NCBI GenBank assembly: GCA_003213715.1
Contig: QCMN01000002.1
Span: 10,038-74,037 of the forward strand
DNA from: Pelagibacteraceae bacterium AG-422-B15
GTDB lineage: Bacteria; Pseudomonadota; Alphaproteobacteria; Pelagibacterales; AG-422-B15
DNA length: 64,000 nucleotides
Reading direction: 5' to 3'
Part shown: positions 1 to 8,555 of the stretch, one piece after another
How the letters are laid out: every line of letters starts with the position of its first letter
Position numbering within the stretch: the stretch's first letter is position 1
Notes under the pieces: generated by a model
Told to the model about the DNA's origin: nothing
Databases searched by the model: none
The model's input: the letters and a program-made list of their open reading frames with translations, nothing else
Program-made: the position numbers and the translations under genes

Positions 1-60
1 ACTGACGAATGGCAAGCTTGGCTTCCGTAATTCTATTAAGTTAGAAAAAACAATAATTAA

Positions 61-92
61 AAGGCCTTGTTATTTAACAAGGCCTTTTTTTT
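61..92 (+). terminator. Rho-independent terminator-like hairpin, probably ending a gene upstream of the window
   Basis: Perfect inverted repeat AAGGCCTTGTTA (61-72) / TAACAAGGCCTT (75-86) runs into a T8 tract (85-92), directly before the first ORF. Confidence 0.7.
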
Positions 93-98
93 ATCATT

Positions 99-1010
99 AT
101 GATAACTACATCAAGACATCCTTACTATTATACAATTAGCTTTGCATTATTAATTGCTGCGGGTATGTGGGGATTATTCTGGATCCCTCAAAGAGCTTTA
201 GAGGCTGGTGGTTTAACAGGCGGTTGGGCAACAATTTCTCAAATGGTTATACCTTTTGCAATGCTGCTTCCAATATCACTTTGGAGGCTTTATAAAGGTC
301 AATCTTTTGGCTTAGAGTATCCTTTGATTGGACTTTTATTTGGAGGAGGCATTGCTTGCTACGCTAATAGTTTTTTACTGACAGATGTAGTTAGAGCTTT
401 AATACTCTTTTACATAACCCCCGTTTGGACAACTATTTTTGAAATAGTATTTCTTAGACAAATTCCTCGTTTTTATAGATACATAACATTAGTTCTTGCA
501 CTATCTGGTGTTTGGATAGTTTTTGGACAAGAAGGCGTGATACCCTTACCACAAAATTCCGGTGATTGGATTGCTCTATTAGGCGGAATTCTTATTGCCG
601 CATCAGCAGTAAGAATGGAGATAAAAAAGCCAGAGGGAATATACCCAATTTTATTTTCGTTCTTTTTTTATGGTGGCTTATTTACATTAATACAATCATA
701 TTTCTTGAGCGACTACCTAGGTGATGCTCCATCAATAGAGTCATGGGTTGCAATGATGCCGTGGCTAATTTTAATTGCAATTCTATTTCATATACCGACA
801 AATATAGTGATCTTAGGTGCACCAAGTAGAATTGGTGCAGGCATATTTTCTATAATTATACTTTTTGAAATAGTTGTAGGAACTTTCAGCGCCGCGGTAT
901 TAACAGATGAGCTTATTGGATGGCGAGAAATATTAGGCAGCTCTTTTATTATATTTGCTGGGTTAACAGAAATAATATTTGCATCAAAGACTGAAGAAGA
1001 TGCGGGCTAA
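99..1010 (+). CDS. Multi-pass inner-membrane permease, DMT/EamA-like
   Basis: 303 aa, almost entirely hydrophobic with about 10 predicted TM segments in two halves. The family call comes from overall architecture only. Confidence 0.5.
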   Translation: MITTSRHPYYYTISFALLIAAGMWGLFWIPQRALEAGGLTGGWATISQMVIPFAMLLPISLWRLYKGQSFGLEYPLIGLLFGGGIACYANSFLLTDVVRALILFYITPVWTTIFEIVFLRQIPRFYRYITLVLALSGVWIVFGQEGVIPLPQNSGDWIALLGGILIAASAVRMEIKKPEGIYPILFSFFFYGGLFTLIQSYFLSDYLGDAPSIESWVAMMPWLILIAILFHIPTNIVILGAPSRIGAGIFSIIILFEIVVGTFSAAVLTDELIGWREILGSSFIIFAGLTEIIFASKTEEDAG

Positions 1011-1937
1011 CTATAATTGATTGAGCACTTTAATGTGTTCAACTGTAGTGCCGCAACATCCACCTATAATTTGCGCTCCTGCATCCTTCCACTTTTTTGC
1101 TTCAATTAAATAATCATCCGGAGAAATTACATTGCTCATGTCGTAGTGTGGAAAATTAAATACCGCTACTTCTGGATACGCCATAACAGGAAGGTCATAT
1201 ACTTCTTTAAGTTCTTTAATACTTTGTTCTATTACATTAATTTCACAATGCATTATTCCTACAGCATCCAATTTATGATGTTTCACATTACTAATCATTT
1301 TTTTAAAACTATAGTCATAGTCTGTAGTAAGGGCTATCAACCCGTCTTTATTTCTAGATGAGAATCCAGCCCACACAGGCAATCCAGCCTTACTTGCTGA
1401 ATCAAAAATTATTTCAATTCGGTCTGGTCGATACATTAACTCGAGTAGAATAAAATCACACCCATTATCAGCTAGAAAAAAAGCGAGCTCATCAAAAGAC
1501 TTTTGAAAATATTCGGGTGTGAGTTTTTTCTTAAATTTCTCTTTTTCCTCTTGTGTTTCAAAAGCATCTTCATATGGTATTTGATGAGATAAGGACCCAG
1601 CTATAAGTACATCATCTCTACCACATTCTTCCCTTGCTTCTAGAGCTGCATTTATCGCACTTAGATTTATTTCTTTAAATTGATTATCTACCCCTGCAGT
1701 TTCTAAGATCATCCGATTTGTTGCATAAGTATTAGTAGTTATAATACTTGAGCCAGCCTCAATATAATCTTTATGTATTTGTTTTAATGTATCGCTCTCT
1801 AAGGAGGCTGTACCACACCAAGAATTATCCATTTTAATACCACGGTTTTCAAGCTCCGAACCAGTGGCCCCGTCAAGAAGAATATTTTCTCCAGTATGAA
1901 TACGTTTCATTAAATTTTCGTATCTTTCGCTCATCAT
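1011..1937 (-). CDS. Homocysteine S-methyltransferase family protein (betaine- or S-methylmethionine-homocysteine methyltransferase candidate)
   Basis: C-terminal Zn-site motif IIGGCCGTTVEHI and N-terminal LLDGATGSELE are typical of the Pfam S-methyl_trans domain. It sits next to glycine-betaine catabolic genes. Confidence 0.75.
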   Translation of the reverse strand: MMSERYENLMKRIHTGENILLDGATGSELENRGIKMDNSWCGTASLESDTLKQIHKDYIEAGSSIITTNTYATNRMILETAGVDNQFKEINLSAINAALEAREECGRDDVLIAGSLSHQIPYEDAFETQEEKEKFKKKLTPEYFQKSFDELAFFLADNGCDFILLELMYRPDRIEIIFDSASKAGLPVWAGFSSRNKDGLIALTTDYDYSFKKMISNVKHHKLDAVGIMHCEINVIEQSIKELKEVYDLPVMAYPEVAVFNFPHYDMSNVISPDDYLIEAKKWKDAGAQIIGGCCGTTVEHIKVLNQL

Positions 1938-2042
1938 TATTTTTTAGCATTTATAGTTTCAATAAGTAAGTAGAAACTTAGGAAAAGGATTTACTTTTTA
2001 TGACTTTATGGTCTATAAGGTCTGATCATTAAGGAGAACAGA

Positions 2043-3179
2043 ATGTCAAAAGGTATCATATACACCCCAAGGATTAGAAAATCACCTTTCTTTGAAGAGA
2101 CACTAAAATATGGTGCTACCAATTTTACAACTTATAACCGTATGACGATGCCTGTTGGCTATACGACTCCTGAGGAGGAGTACCAATCATTAATAAACGA
2201 TGTAACATTATGGGATGTGGCAGCAGAGAGACAAATTGAAATTATTGGAGAGGACGCCGCTAAATTTGTTCAGTATATGACGCCAAGAAATCTATCAACT
2301 TTTAAAGATGGGTTTTGTCGTTACGCATTTATGACAGATGAAAATGGTGGAATCATAAATGATCCATTAATTTTAAAGTTTAATGATAATAAATATTGGC
2401 TAAGCATTGCAGATTCTGATGCAATATTGTGGTGCAAAGGCGTTGCTTTATCTGGTAAGTTTAATGTTAAAATTTCGGAGCCTGAAGCTTGTCCGCTTTC
2501 ATTGCAAGGCCCGCGCGCAAAAGAACTCATGAGAAAAGCTACAAATGATGATCCATTTATTATGGGATTAAAATATTATCAATTTATCGAAACTAACTTA
2601 TTTGGATTAGATATCATCATTGCACGCAGCGGTTGGAGTAATCAGTTTGGATACGAAATTTATATAACAAGAGAAGTAGATGGTCCGGCATTATGGAATG
2701 CATTAATGGAAGCAGGAAAAGAGTTTAAAATTGTACCAAGTTGTCCTAATCAAATAGATAGAATTGAAGCCGGTATGATTTCCCACCAAGGAGATACCTC
2801 ATTAGCTGAGAACCCTTTAGAACTAAACTTACCAAAATTTTATGATCTTGATCAAGAAGCGGACTTTGTAGGAAAAGATGCTCTCTTAAAAATAAGAGAA
2901 GAGGGCATTAAAAAACAATTCACTGGTTTTAAAATTTCAGGAAAGAAAATTGGTTATAATATGGCAAGAATACCATTGTTTGACAATAACTCTGAAAAAA
3001 AAGGATTTGTAACCAGCTGTATTTATAGCCCAAACTTTGGATGCAATATTGCCTTAGGGTTCATTGATATTGATTTAATTAATTCAGAAGAAGTTTATCA
3101 GATTGATCATGATGGAGAGAAACGAGAAGTTGAAGTTGTCCCTTTACCATTTAGTTCTAGACTCGAAAAAATGGAATAA
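2043..3179 (+). CDS. dmdA: GcvT-family aminomethyltransferase, DmdA-like (DMSP demethylase candidate)
   Basis: 378 aa. N-terminal RIRKSPFF...YNRM, VTLWDVAAERQIEI, ARSGWSNQFGYEIY and CPNQIDRIEAGM resemble my recollection of DmdA sequences and the GcvT fold. AAGGAG Shine-Dalgarno at 2031-2036. Confidence 0.55.
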   Translation: MSKGIIYTPRIRKSPFFEETLKYGATNFTTYNRMTMPVGYTTPEEEYQSLINDVTLWDVAAERQIEIIGEDAAKFVQYMTPRNLSTFKDGFCRYAFMTDENGGIINDPLILKFNDNKYWLSIADSDAILWCKGVALSGKFNVKISEPEACPLSLQGPRAKELMRKATNDDPFIMGLKYYQFIETNLFGLDIIIARSGWSNQFGYEIYITREVDGPALWNALMEAGKEFKIVPSCPNQIDRIEAGMISHQGDTSLAENPLELNLPKFYDLDQEADFVGKDALLKIREEGIKKQFTGFKISGKKIGYNMARIPLFDNNSEKKGFVTSCIYSPNFGCNIALGFIDIDLINSEEVYQIDHDGEKREVEVVPLPFSSRLEKME

Positions 3180-3829
3180 TGATTTCAAGAAGTAGAGTTA
3201 ATCAACTTTTATTCCTCTCAATAATTATATTAGCAGTCGTCGCTGGTTGGGCAGTTTCTGAATTATTTAGAGACAATACTTCAGAAGTATCAAATGATAT
3301 TGATTTAAAATTCACAGCAGTTGACCATTTTGGAGTTGATGTAAGTGAAAGAACTTACAGCGGATATAGTAAAGTATTCTTTTTTGGCTTTACTCATTGC
3401 CCAGATATTTGTCCAATTAGTGCAAATCTTATGAGTAATGCCATTGATCAATTAAATAGAGAAAACCATTCAATAGAAAATATAAAATTTTTCTTTGTAA
3501 CAGTTGATCCTGCTAGGGATAACCCTGACCGATTAAAAGAATTTCTTAGCAACTTTAGCAATAATTTAATTGGTTTAACGGGGACACATGAAAATCTTAT
3601 GCCAATATGGAAGGATTTTTTTGTACATGTAGAGCCGGCAACAAATTCAGAACATCAAAATTATCTAGGTACATCTGAACAATCTGATGAAATAAGTAAT
3701 AAAGAAAAAAATTACATGGTTCAACATACTGCTTTCTATTATATTTTTGATGATAATGATGTATTAAGAAGCATACTTCCCTTTGGTTCTAGTATTGAAC
3801 AAATGGTTGAAGATTTAAAAAATCTATAA
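3179..3829 (+). CDS. SCO1/SenC-family copper chaperone (thioredoxin fold), membrane anchored
   Basis: N-terminal TM anchor, FFFGFTHCPDICP (the CxxxC copper site) and a downstream conserved His (VQHTAFYY). The start overlaps the upstream stop (TAATG). Confidence 0.85.
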   Translation: MISRSRVNQLLFLSIIILAVVAGWAVSELFRDNTSEVSNDIDLKFTAVDHFGVDVSERTYSGYSKVFFFGFTHCPDICPISANLMSNAIDQLNRENHSIENIKFFFVTVDPARDNPDRLKEFLSNFSNNLIGLTGTHENLMPIWKDFFVHVEPATNSEHQNYLGTSEQSDEISNKEKNYMVQHTAFYYIFDDNDVLRSILPFGSSIEQMVEDLKNL

Positions 3830-3831
3830 CA

Positions 3832-4077
3832 ATGCATAAAATATCAATATTTATTTTTTTTATTTTATTGTGTTGTTCCGAAATAATAGAAACAAATAAA
3901 TATAGAGAATTGGCATCTGAACAAGCATCAAAAAAAAATTGTGATGCTAATGTTGAGCTTCTTTTAAAACATGAAAAGACTGAATTATGGGCATCTTATC
4001 ATAACAAAGATAAAAACTTATTATGCGTTTTAACTTGTGTTAACGATGTCTGTATGTTTTCGACAGAGAGAGATTAA
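3832..4077 (+). CDS. Small secreted Cys-rich hypothetical protein
   Basis: 81 aa with a hydrophobic N-terminal signal-like segment (ISIFIFFILLCC) and 7 Cys in total. It is tightly packed between SCO1 and PCuAC (2-3 nt gaps). I recognise no family. Confidence 0.45.
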   Translation: MHKISIFIFFILLCCSEIIETNKYRELASEQASKKNCDANVELLLKHEKTELWASYHNKDKNLLCVLTCVNDVCMFSTERD

Positions 4078-4080
4078 GGA

Positions 4081-4536
4081 TTGTATAAAGCACTAATAAT
4101 AATTTTGTTTTTAGTTTCTACAAAAATTGGAGCTGCTCACCAATTTCAAAAAGATCATATTAATATAAATCACCCACACATTAAGTTTGTAATTTCATCA
4201 GGCCCTGCAGCTGGATATATGAAAATAGTAAACATGGGTTTCGAGACAGATCGTTTAATTAAAGTTGTTACCAACTTTGCAGATACTGAGTTACATTATT
4301 CAAGTGTAGAGAATGGAATAGTTATAATGAGTAAAGTTGATTTTATTGAAATCCCTCCACAAAAAGCTAAATCGCTCAAACCCGGCACGCACCATATAAT
4401 ATTTTCAAATTTTAGTATTGAATTAACTCATGGAATAAGTTTAGAAGGGTCTTTAGTATTTGAAAATGCAGGCGAGATCAAAGTGCTTTTTGAGGTTGAA
4501 ACTCAAAAAAGTTTAGATGATCATACAGAACATTAA
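4081..4536 (+). CDS. PCu(A)C-type periplasmic copper chaperone (DUF461)
   Basis: TTG start preceded by TAAGGA. Signal peptide ends ...KIGAA/HQ. DUF461-like blocks AAGYMKIVN, ELHYSSVENGIVIMSKV and KPGTHHIIF. Confidence 0.7.
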   Translation: MYKALIIILFLVSTKIGAAHQFQKDHININHPHIKFVISSGPAAGYMKIVNMGFETDRLIKVVTNFADTELHYSSVENGIVIMSKVDFIEIPPQKAKSLKPGTHHIIFSNFSIELTHGISLEGSLVFENAGEIKVLFEVETQKSLDDHTEH

Positions 4537-5417
4537 TGAAAACATTTAAAATTGAATATATCACCACACTTTTTTTTCTCACCTTGCTAATTGCTTTAGC
4601 TTGGTACTATTTATTCCTCATGGCATCTAATCCAATGGACTCAATGATGCAAAATAAAAATCCAATGACAATGTCAATGGAAACCGCGTCAGAAAATGAA
4701 ATGTCAATGAACTCGATGTCTGATACAGAAATGACTATGGACTCAATGAATATGAATGAAAAAAACTCATCAATCAATTTTCTTATGATGCCAATGACAG
4801 GAAAGTGGACAATAAATGATTTTATCGTGATGTTCGTAATGTGGACCGTCATGATGTTTGCGATGATGCTTCCATCTACATTTATCTTTTTAAATATTTT
4901 TAGAATGATGAGATCGAATATGCAAATATCGTCGAATATTATTATTGAGATGATAGTGATTTCATTCACTTATATTTTAATTTGGACAATTTTTTCACTT
5001 ATTGCATGTACTCTTCAATATATTTTTCACAATAACGGAGTAGTCGATATGATGGGAACATTACAAAATAATATTCTTGCAGGATTATTTCTTGTTGGAG
5101 CAGGTGCATTTCAATTTACAAGTTTGAAAGATACATGTCTTGAGAAATGCAGAAACCCCTTATCGTTTCTAATGGCTGGTCCTATTAAAGGATACGGAAA
5201 TGTTGCCTATGTGGGTCTAAAGCATGGTTTATTTTGCTTAGGGTGTTGCTGGGTTCTTATGCTTCTGCTTTTTGTAAATGGAGTTATGAATTTACTTTGG
5301 GTTGTCGCAATAACAATAATTGTATTGGCTGAAAAAATGCTGCCTTACGAGAAACTTAGCTCTAGATTTCTGGGCATTCTTCTTGTAGGTTGGGGGGCGT
5401 ATTTAATACTTATTTAA
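4536..5417 (+). CDS. DUF2182-type predicted metal-binding integral membrane protein with a Met-rich loop
   Basis: 293 aa, polytopic. After TM1 there are 17 Met in residues 29-87 (MxM / EM[ST]M[ND]SM repeats). The downstream TM region (MWTVMMFAMMLP..., CLGCCW) fits the DUF2182 architecture, and it has the usual DUF1326 neighbour. Confidence 0.6.
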   Translation: MKTFKIEYITTLFFLTLLIALAWYYLFLMASNPMDSMMQNKNPMTMSMETASENEMSMNSMSDTEMTMDSMNMNEKNSSINFLMMPMTGKWTINDFIVMFVMWTVMMFAMMLPSTFIFLNIFRMMRSNMQISSNIIIEMIVISFTYILIWTIFSLIACTLQYIFHNNGVVDMMGTLQNNILAGLFLVGAGAFQFTSLKDTCLEKCRNPLSFLMAGPIKGYGNVAYVGLKHGLFCLGCCWVLMLLLFVNGVMNLLWVVAITIIVLAEKMLPYEKLSSRFLGILLVGWGAYLILI

Positions 5418-5421
5418 CTAT

Positions 5422-6102
5422 ATGACTGTAAATCCACTAAACTTACATTGGGAAATAAAAGGAAATTTTTTGCTGAATTGTAACTGCGATGTATTTTGCA
5501 ATTGTCCGATGTCCCTGGGGAGAGCGGTTCCAAATTCACCAAATGGTAAATGCTTTTCATGGTGGGGAATTAATATCGAAGAAGGATACGCAGAAGAAAA
5601 GTGGTCTGGATTTAACCCTATCAAAAGAGAGTCTAAAGGAATTATGGATTTAAGTGGTTTAAATGTTGCTATTCTTTTAGAAGTTCCTGGCCCTTTAGGT
5701 TCAGGCGGTTGGACAGCAGGATTATATATTGATGAAAAAGCATCTGATGATGCAGCTGATGCGCTCGCAGTTATTTTCTCAGGTCAAGCAGGTGGACAAA
5801 CAGGTTGGTTTAGACATATGATTGCAAACTTCCTTGGCGTAAAAAGATGTTCTATATCATATAAAGAAACCGACGATGGATGGTCGTTTACAATTCCAGA
5901 AATCTTAGATGGTCGAATTGAACATGAGCCAGGAAAAGAGAGAGGCGAAGTAGTAAAAGTATCAAACTTAAAATATTGGGTTGCGCCAGAAATAATTGTT
6001 TGCAAAGGATCAAAAAGAAGTAGGATTAGAGATCACGGCCGTAATTGGGATTTCACAGGTGGAAGTGCCGAATATTGTGCTGTTGATTGGGCCGGACCAT
6101 AA
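5422..6102 (+). CDS. DUF1326-type protein with an N-terminal Cys cluster (predicted cytoplasmic)
   Basis: 226 aa, no signal peptide, CxCx3CxC cluster (NCNCDVFCNCP). The position immediately after DUF2182 matches the pairing I recall for these two families. Confidence 0.55.
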   Translation: MTVNPLNLHWEIKGNFLLNCNCDVFCNCPMSLGRAVPNSPNGKCFSWWGINIEEGYAEEKWSGFNPIKRESKGIMDLSGLNVAILLEVPGPLGSGGWTAGLYIDEKASDDAADALAVIFSGQAGGQTGWFRHMIANFLGVKRCSISYKETDDGWSFTIPEILDGRIEHEPGKERGEVVKVSNLKYWVAPEIIVCKGSKRSRIRDHGRNWDFTGGSAEYCAVDWAGP

Positions 6103-6107
6103 TTCAT

Positions 6108-8543
6108 ATGAAAAACAAAGCTAAAGTTGTCGTCATCGGTGGCGGTGTAGTTGGAGTTAGTACGCTTTACCACCTTGCAAAAAAAGGATGGTCTGATGTA
6201 GTTTTGTGCGAACGCAAAGAACTTACATCAGGTTCGACGTGGCACGCTGCGGGTTTGATGCCTTTATTCAACATGAGTTACTCTGTTGGTCAAATCCATA
6301 AATACTCAGTTAAATTTTATCAAGAACTTGAAAAAGAAACTGGTCAAGATGTTGGCTTTAGGCAAGTAAGTAATATTCGACTTGCTGAAAACCAGGATAG
6401 AATGGATGAGTATCGTCAATATGCAGGTGTTGCAGAAACAATAGGTGTTAAAGTCAATTTTTTAACTCCCGAAGAAGTTCAAAAAGTTTGGCCGCTTTGT
6501 TCAACTGAGGGCTTAGTGGGTGCTATACAGCACCCTGAGGATGGATACATACAACCCAATGATCTTACGCAAGCTCTAGCAAAAGGAGCAAGAGCGCTTG
6601 GAGCTGAAATTTACAGACAAACAGCAGTCATAGGACTTGAACAGTTACCAGATGATAGTTGGATTGTTACAACTGATAAAGGTGAAATCAAATGTGATAT
6701 TGTTGTTTCATGCTCGGGAAATTTTGTCAGGCAAACCGGAGAAATGGTTGGATTAGATATCCCAGTGATACCTGTTGAGCATCAATATATCGTTACAGAA
6801 GCTCATCCTAAAATTCTAGAAAGACAAAAAGAAGGCCTTCCTGAAATGGGTGTACTTAGAGGATCTGACGGCGCATGGTATATGCGTGAGGAAGCTGGCG
6901 GATTAATTCTTGGACCATATGAAAATGGTGCACCATGTTGCTATGTCAATGGACCTAGCAAAGACTGTGAGTATGAATTATTCCAAGAAGACTTAGACAG
7001 ACTTGGCCCCCATATAGAGCATGCCATTCACAGAGTTCCTATTTTTGGAGAAGCAGGAATTAAGAAAGTTTATAATGGTGCTATTTGTTATACTCCAGAT
7101 GGAAGCCCAATTATCGGTCCAGCATGGGATAGAAAAAATTTATATTTAAATGACGGTCATTCGTTTGGCGTTACAGCTGCTGGTGGTGCAGGCTGGCAGA
7201 TCGCAGAATGGATTGTTGATGGCGAACCGACCATTGATATGCTCGGGGTTGAACCCAGAAGGTTTGGCGATTACGCATCAAAATCATATTTAATCAAAAA
7301 AAATGAAGAGGCTTATGCTAACGTTTTCACAATCCATTATCCTGATGAAGAAAGGCCCGCAGGCCGGCCATTAAGACAAGCTCCTTGTTATGATAGGCTG
7401 AAAAATTTAGGTGCAGTGTTTGGTCAAAAGTTTGGTTGGGAGCGCGCAAACTGGTTTGCTCCTGAAGGAGTTCCACAAGAAGATGATTGGTCATTCAGGC
7501 GATCAGCTTGGTTTGAGCACATTGGAAATGAATGTAAAAATGTAACAGAAAATGTAGGTCTTTTAGATATGACCGCATTTGCAAAATGTAGAATAAGCGG
7601 ACCAGGAGCAGAAGAATTCCTGGATAATTTAGTTGCTAATAAATTACCAAAAAAGATAGGAAGGACAAATCTCTGTCATGCTTTGAATTCTAAAGGAGGA
7701 GTACACTCAGAATTTACAATAATGAGAGAGTCTCATGACAGTTTTTATTGTGTTTCTGCTGGAGCTTGGCAGCGGATGGACCATGATTGGGTAAAAAAAC
7801 ATATGCCCGATGACAGAAGTGTAAAATTTGAAAATATTACAAATCAAATTGGAGTATTAGTTGTCGCTGGTCCGAAGTCGAGAGAACTTCTTCAAAGAGT
7901 ATCTGAGGATGATTTCACAAATGAGGGTTTCCCATGGCTATCTGGTAAAAAAGTAAAAATTGGTGCTGCAGAAACACTTGCAATAAGAGTAAATTTCGTT
8001 GGCGAATTAGGATGGGAAATCCACTCACCAATTGAAGTACAAAATCATATATTCGATACATTAATGGATGCAGGAAAAGATCTGGGTTTAAAGCCTTTTG
8101 GCATAAGAGCAATGGACTCTTTGAGAATTGAGAAATCCTACAAACTAATTGGTACAGAATTATCAATTGAATACGCAGGATATGAGTCAGGAATAGACAG
8201 GTTCATTCACCCAAACAAAGGTCAATTCATAGGAAGAGATGCATTAGTTCAGTGGAGAGAAAAAGGTTTTGAAAATTCCTTCGTAACTCTTGAAGTTCAT
8301 GGTGTCAAAGATGCTGATGTGCTTGGCAATAATCCAATATATGCTGATGGCAAAGTTATTGGTCGCGCTACAGGTGGAAATTTTGGCTTTCGAGTTAATA
8401 AGTCTCTCGCTTTAGCTATGGTCAATCCAGCTCATTCAGAAGTAGGCACAAAGTTAAAGATCGATATTTTGGGAGATATGTTTGATGTAACGGTAATACC
8501 CGAAAGTCCATACGATCCTGATAATCAGAAACTTAGATCTTAG
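6108..8543 (+). CDS. Dimethylglycine/sarcosine dehydrogenase family flavoprotein (FAD DAO domain + GcvT folate domain)
   Basis: MKNKAKVVVIGGGVVGVSTLYHLAKKG Rossmann motif. The C-terminal half carries GcvT-type blocks (LLDMTAFAKCRISGPGAEEFL). I prefer the ATG at 6108 to the TTG at 6087 in the ORF track, which overlaps the upstream gene. Confidence 0.8.
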   Translation: MKNKAKVVVIGGGVVGVSTLYHLAKKGWSDVVLCERKELTSGSTWHAAGLMPLFNMSYSVGQIHKYSVKFYQELEKETGQDVGFRQVSNIRLAENQDRMDEYRQYAGVAETIGVKVNFLTPEEVQKVWPLCSTEGLVGAIQHPEDGYIQPNDLTQALAKGARALGAEIYRQTAVIGLEQLPDDSWIVTTDKGEIKCDIVVSCSGNFVRQTGEMVGLDIPVIPVEHQYIVTEAHPKILERQKEGLPEMGVLRGSDGAWYMREEAGGLILGPYENGAPCCYVNGPSKDCEYELFQEDLDRLGPHIEHAIHRVPIFGEAGIKKVYNGAICYTPDGSPIIGPAWDRKNLYLNDGHSFGVTAAGGAGWQIAEWIVDGEPTIDMLGVEPRRFGDYASKSYLIKKNEEAYANVFTIHYPDEERPAGRPLRQAPCYDRLKNLGAVFGQKFGWERANWFAPEGVPQEDDWSFRRSAWFEHIGNECKNVTENVGLLDMTAFAKCRISGPGAEEFLDNLVANKLPKKIGRTNLCHALNSKGGVHSEFTIMRESHDSFYCVSAGAWQRMDHDWVKKHMPDDRSVKFENITNQIGVLVVAGPKSRELLQRVSEDDFTNEGFPWLSGKKVKIGAAETLAIRVNFVGELGWEIHSPIEVQNHIFDTLMDAGKDLGLKPFGIRAMDSLRIEKSYKLIGTELSIEYAGYESGIDRFIHPNKGQFIGRDALVQWREKGFENSFVTLEVHGVKDADVLGNNPIYADGKVIGRATGGNFGFRVNKSLALAMVNPAHSEVGTKLKIDILGDMFDVTVIPESPYDPDNQKLRS

Positions 8544-8555
8544 CTACTTGAAAAA

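Noticed and set aside
1938-2042. Possible SAM-II/SAM-V-type riboswitch in the 105-bp divergent region upstream of the homocysteine S-methyltransferase. Pelagibacter methionine and bhmt genes are reported to carry such elements. The minus-strand leader ends ...GAAACUAUAAAUGCUAAAAAAUA-AUG and contains a 6-bp hairpin, AGUUUC/GAAACU.
   Set aside because: I could not identify the conserved pseudoknot pairings or core nucleotides from memory. No segment complementary to the GCU-containing 3' tail is present in the leader. A covariance-model search with cmsearch (Rfam SAM-II and SAM-V) would be decisive. A significant hit would overturn this rejection.
6087-6107. The TTG start at 6087 given by the ORF track for the dimethylglycine-dehydrogenase-like gene.
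   Set aside because: It would overlap the upstream DUF1326 gene by 16 nt and add seven residues before the MKNKAKVVVIGGG Rossmann start. The ATG at 6108 is the natural start.
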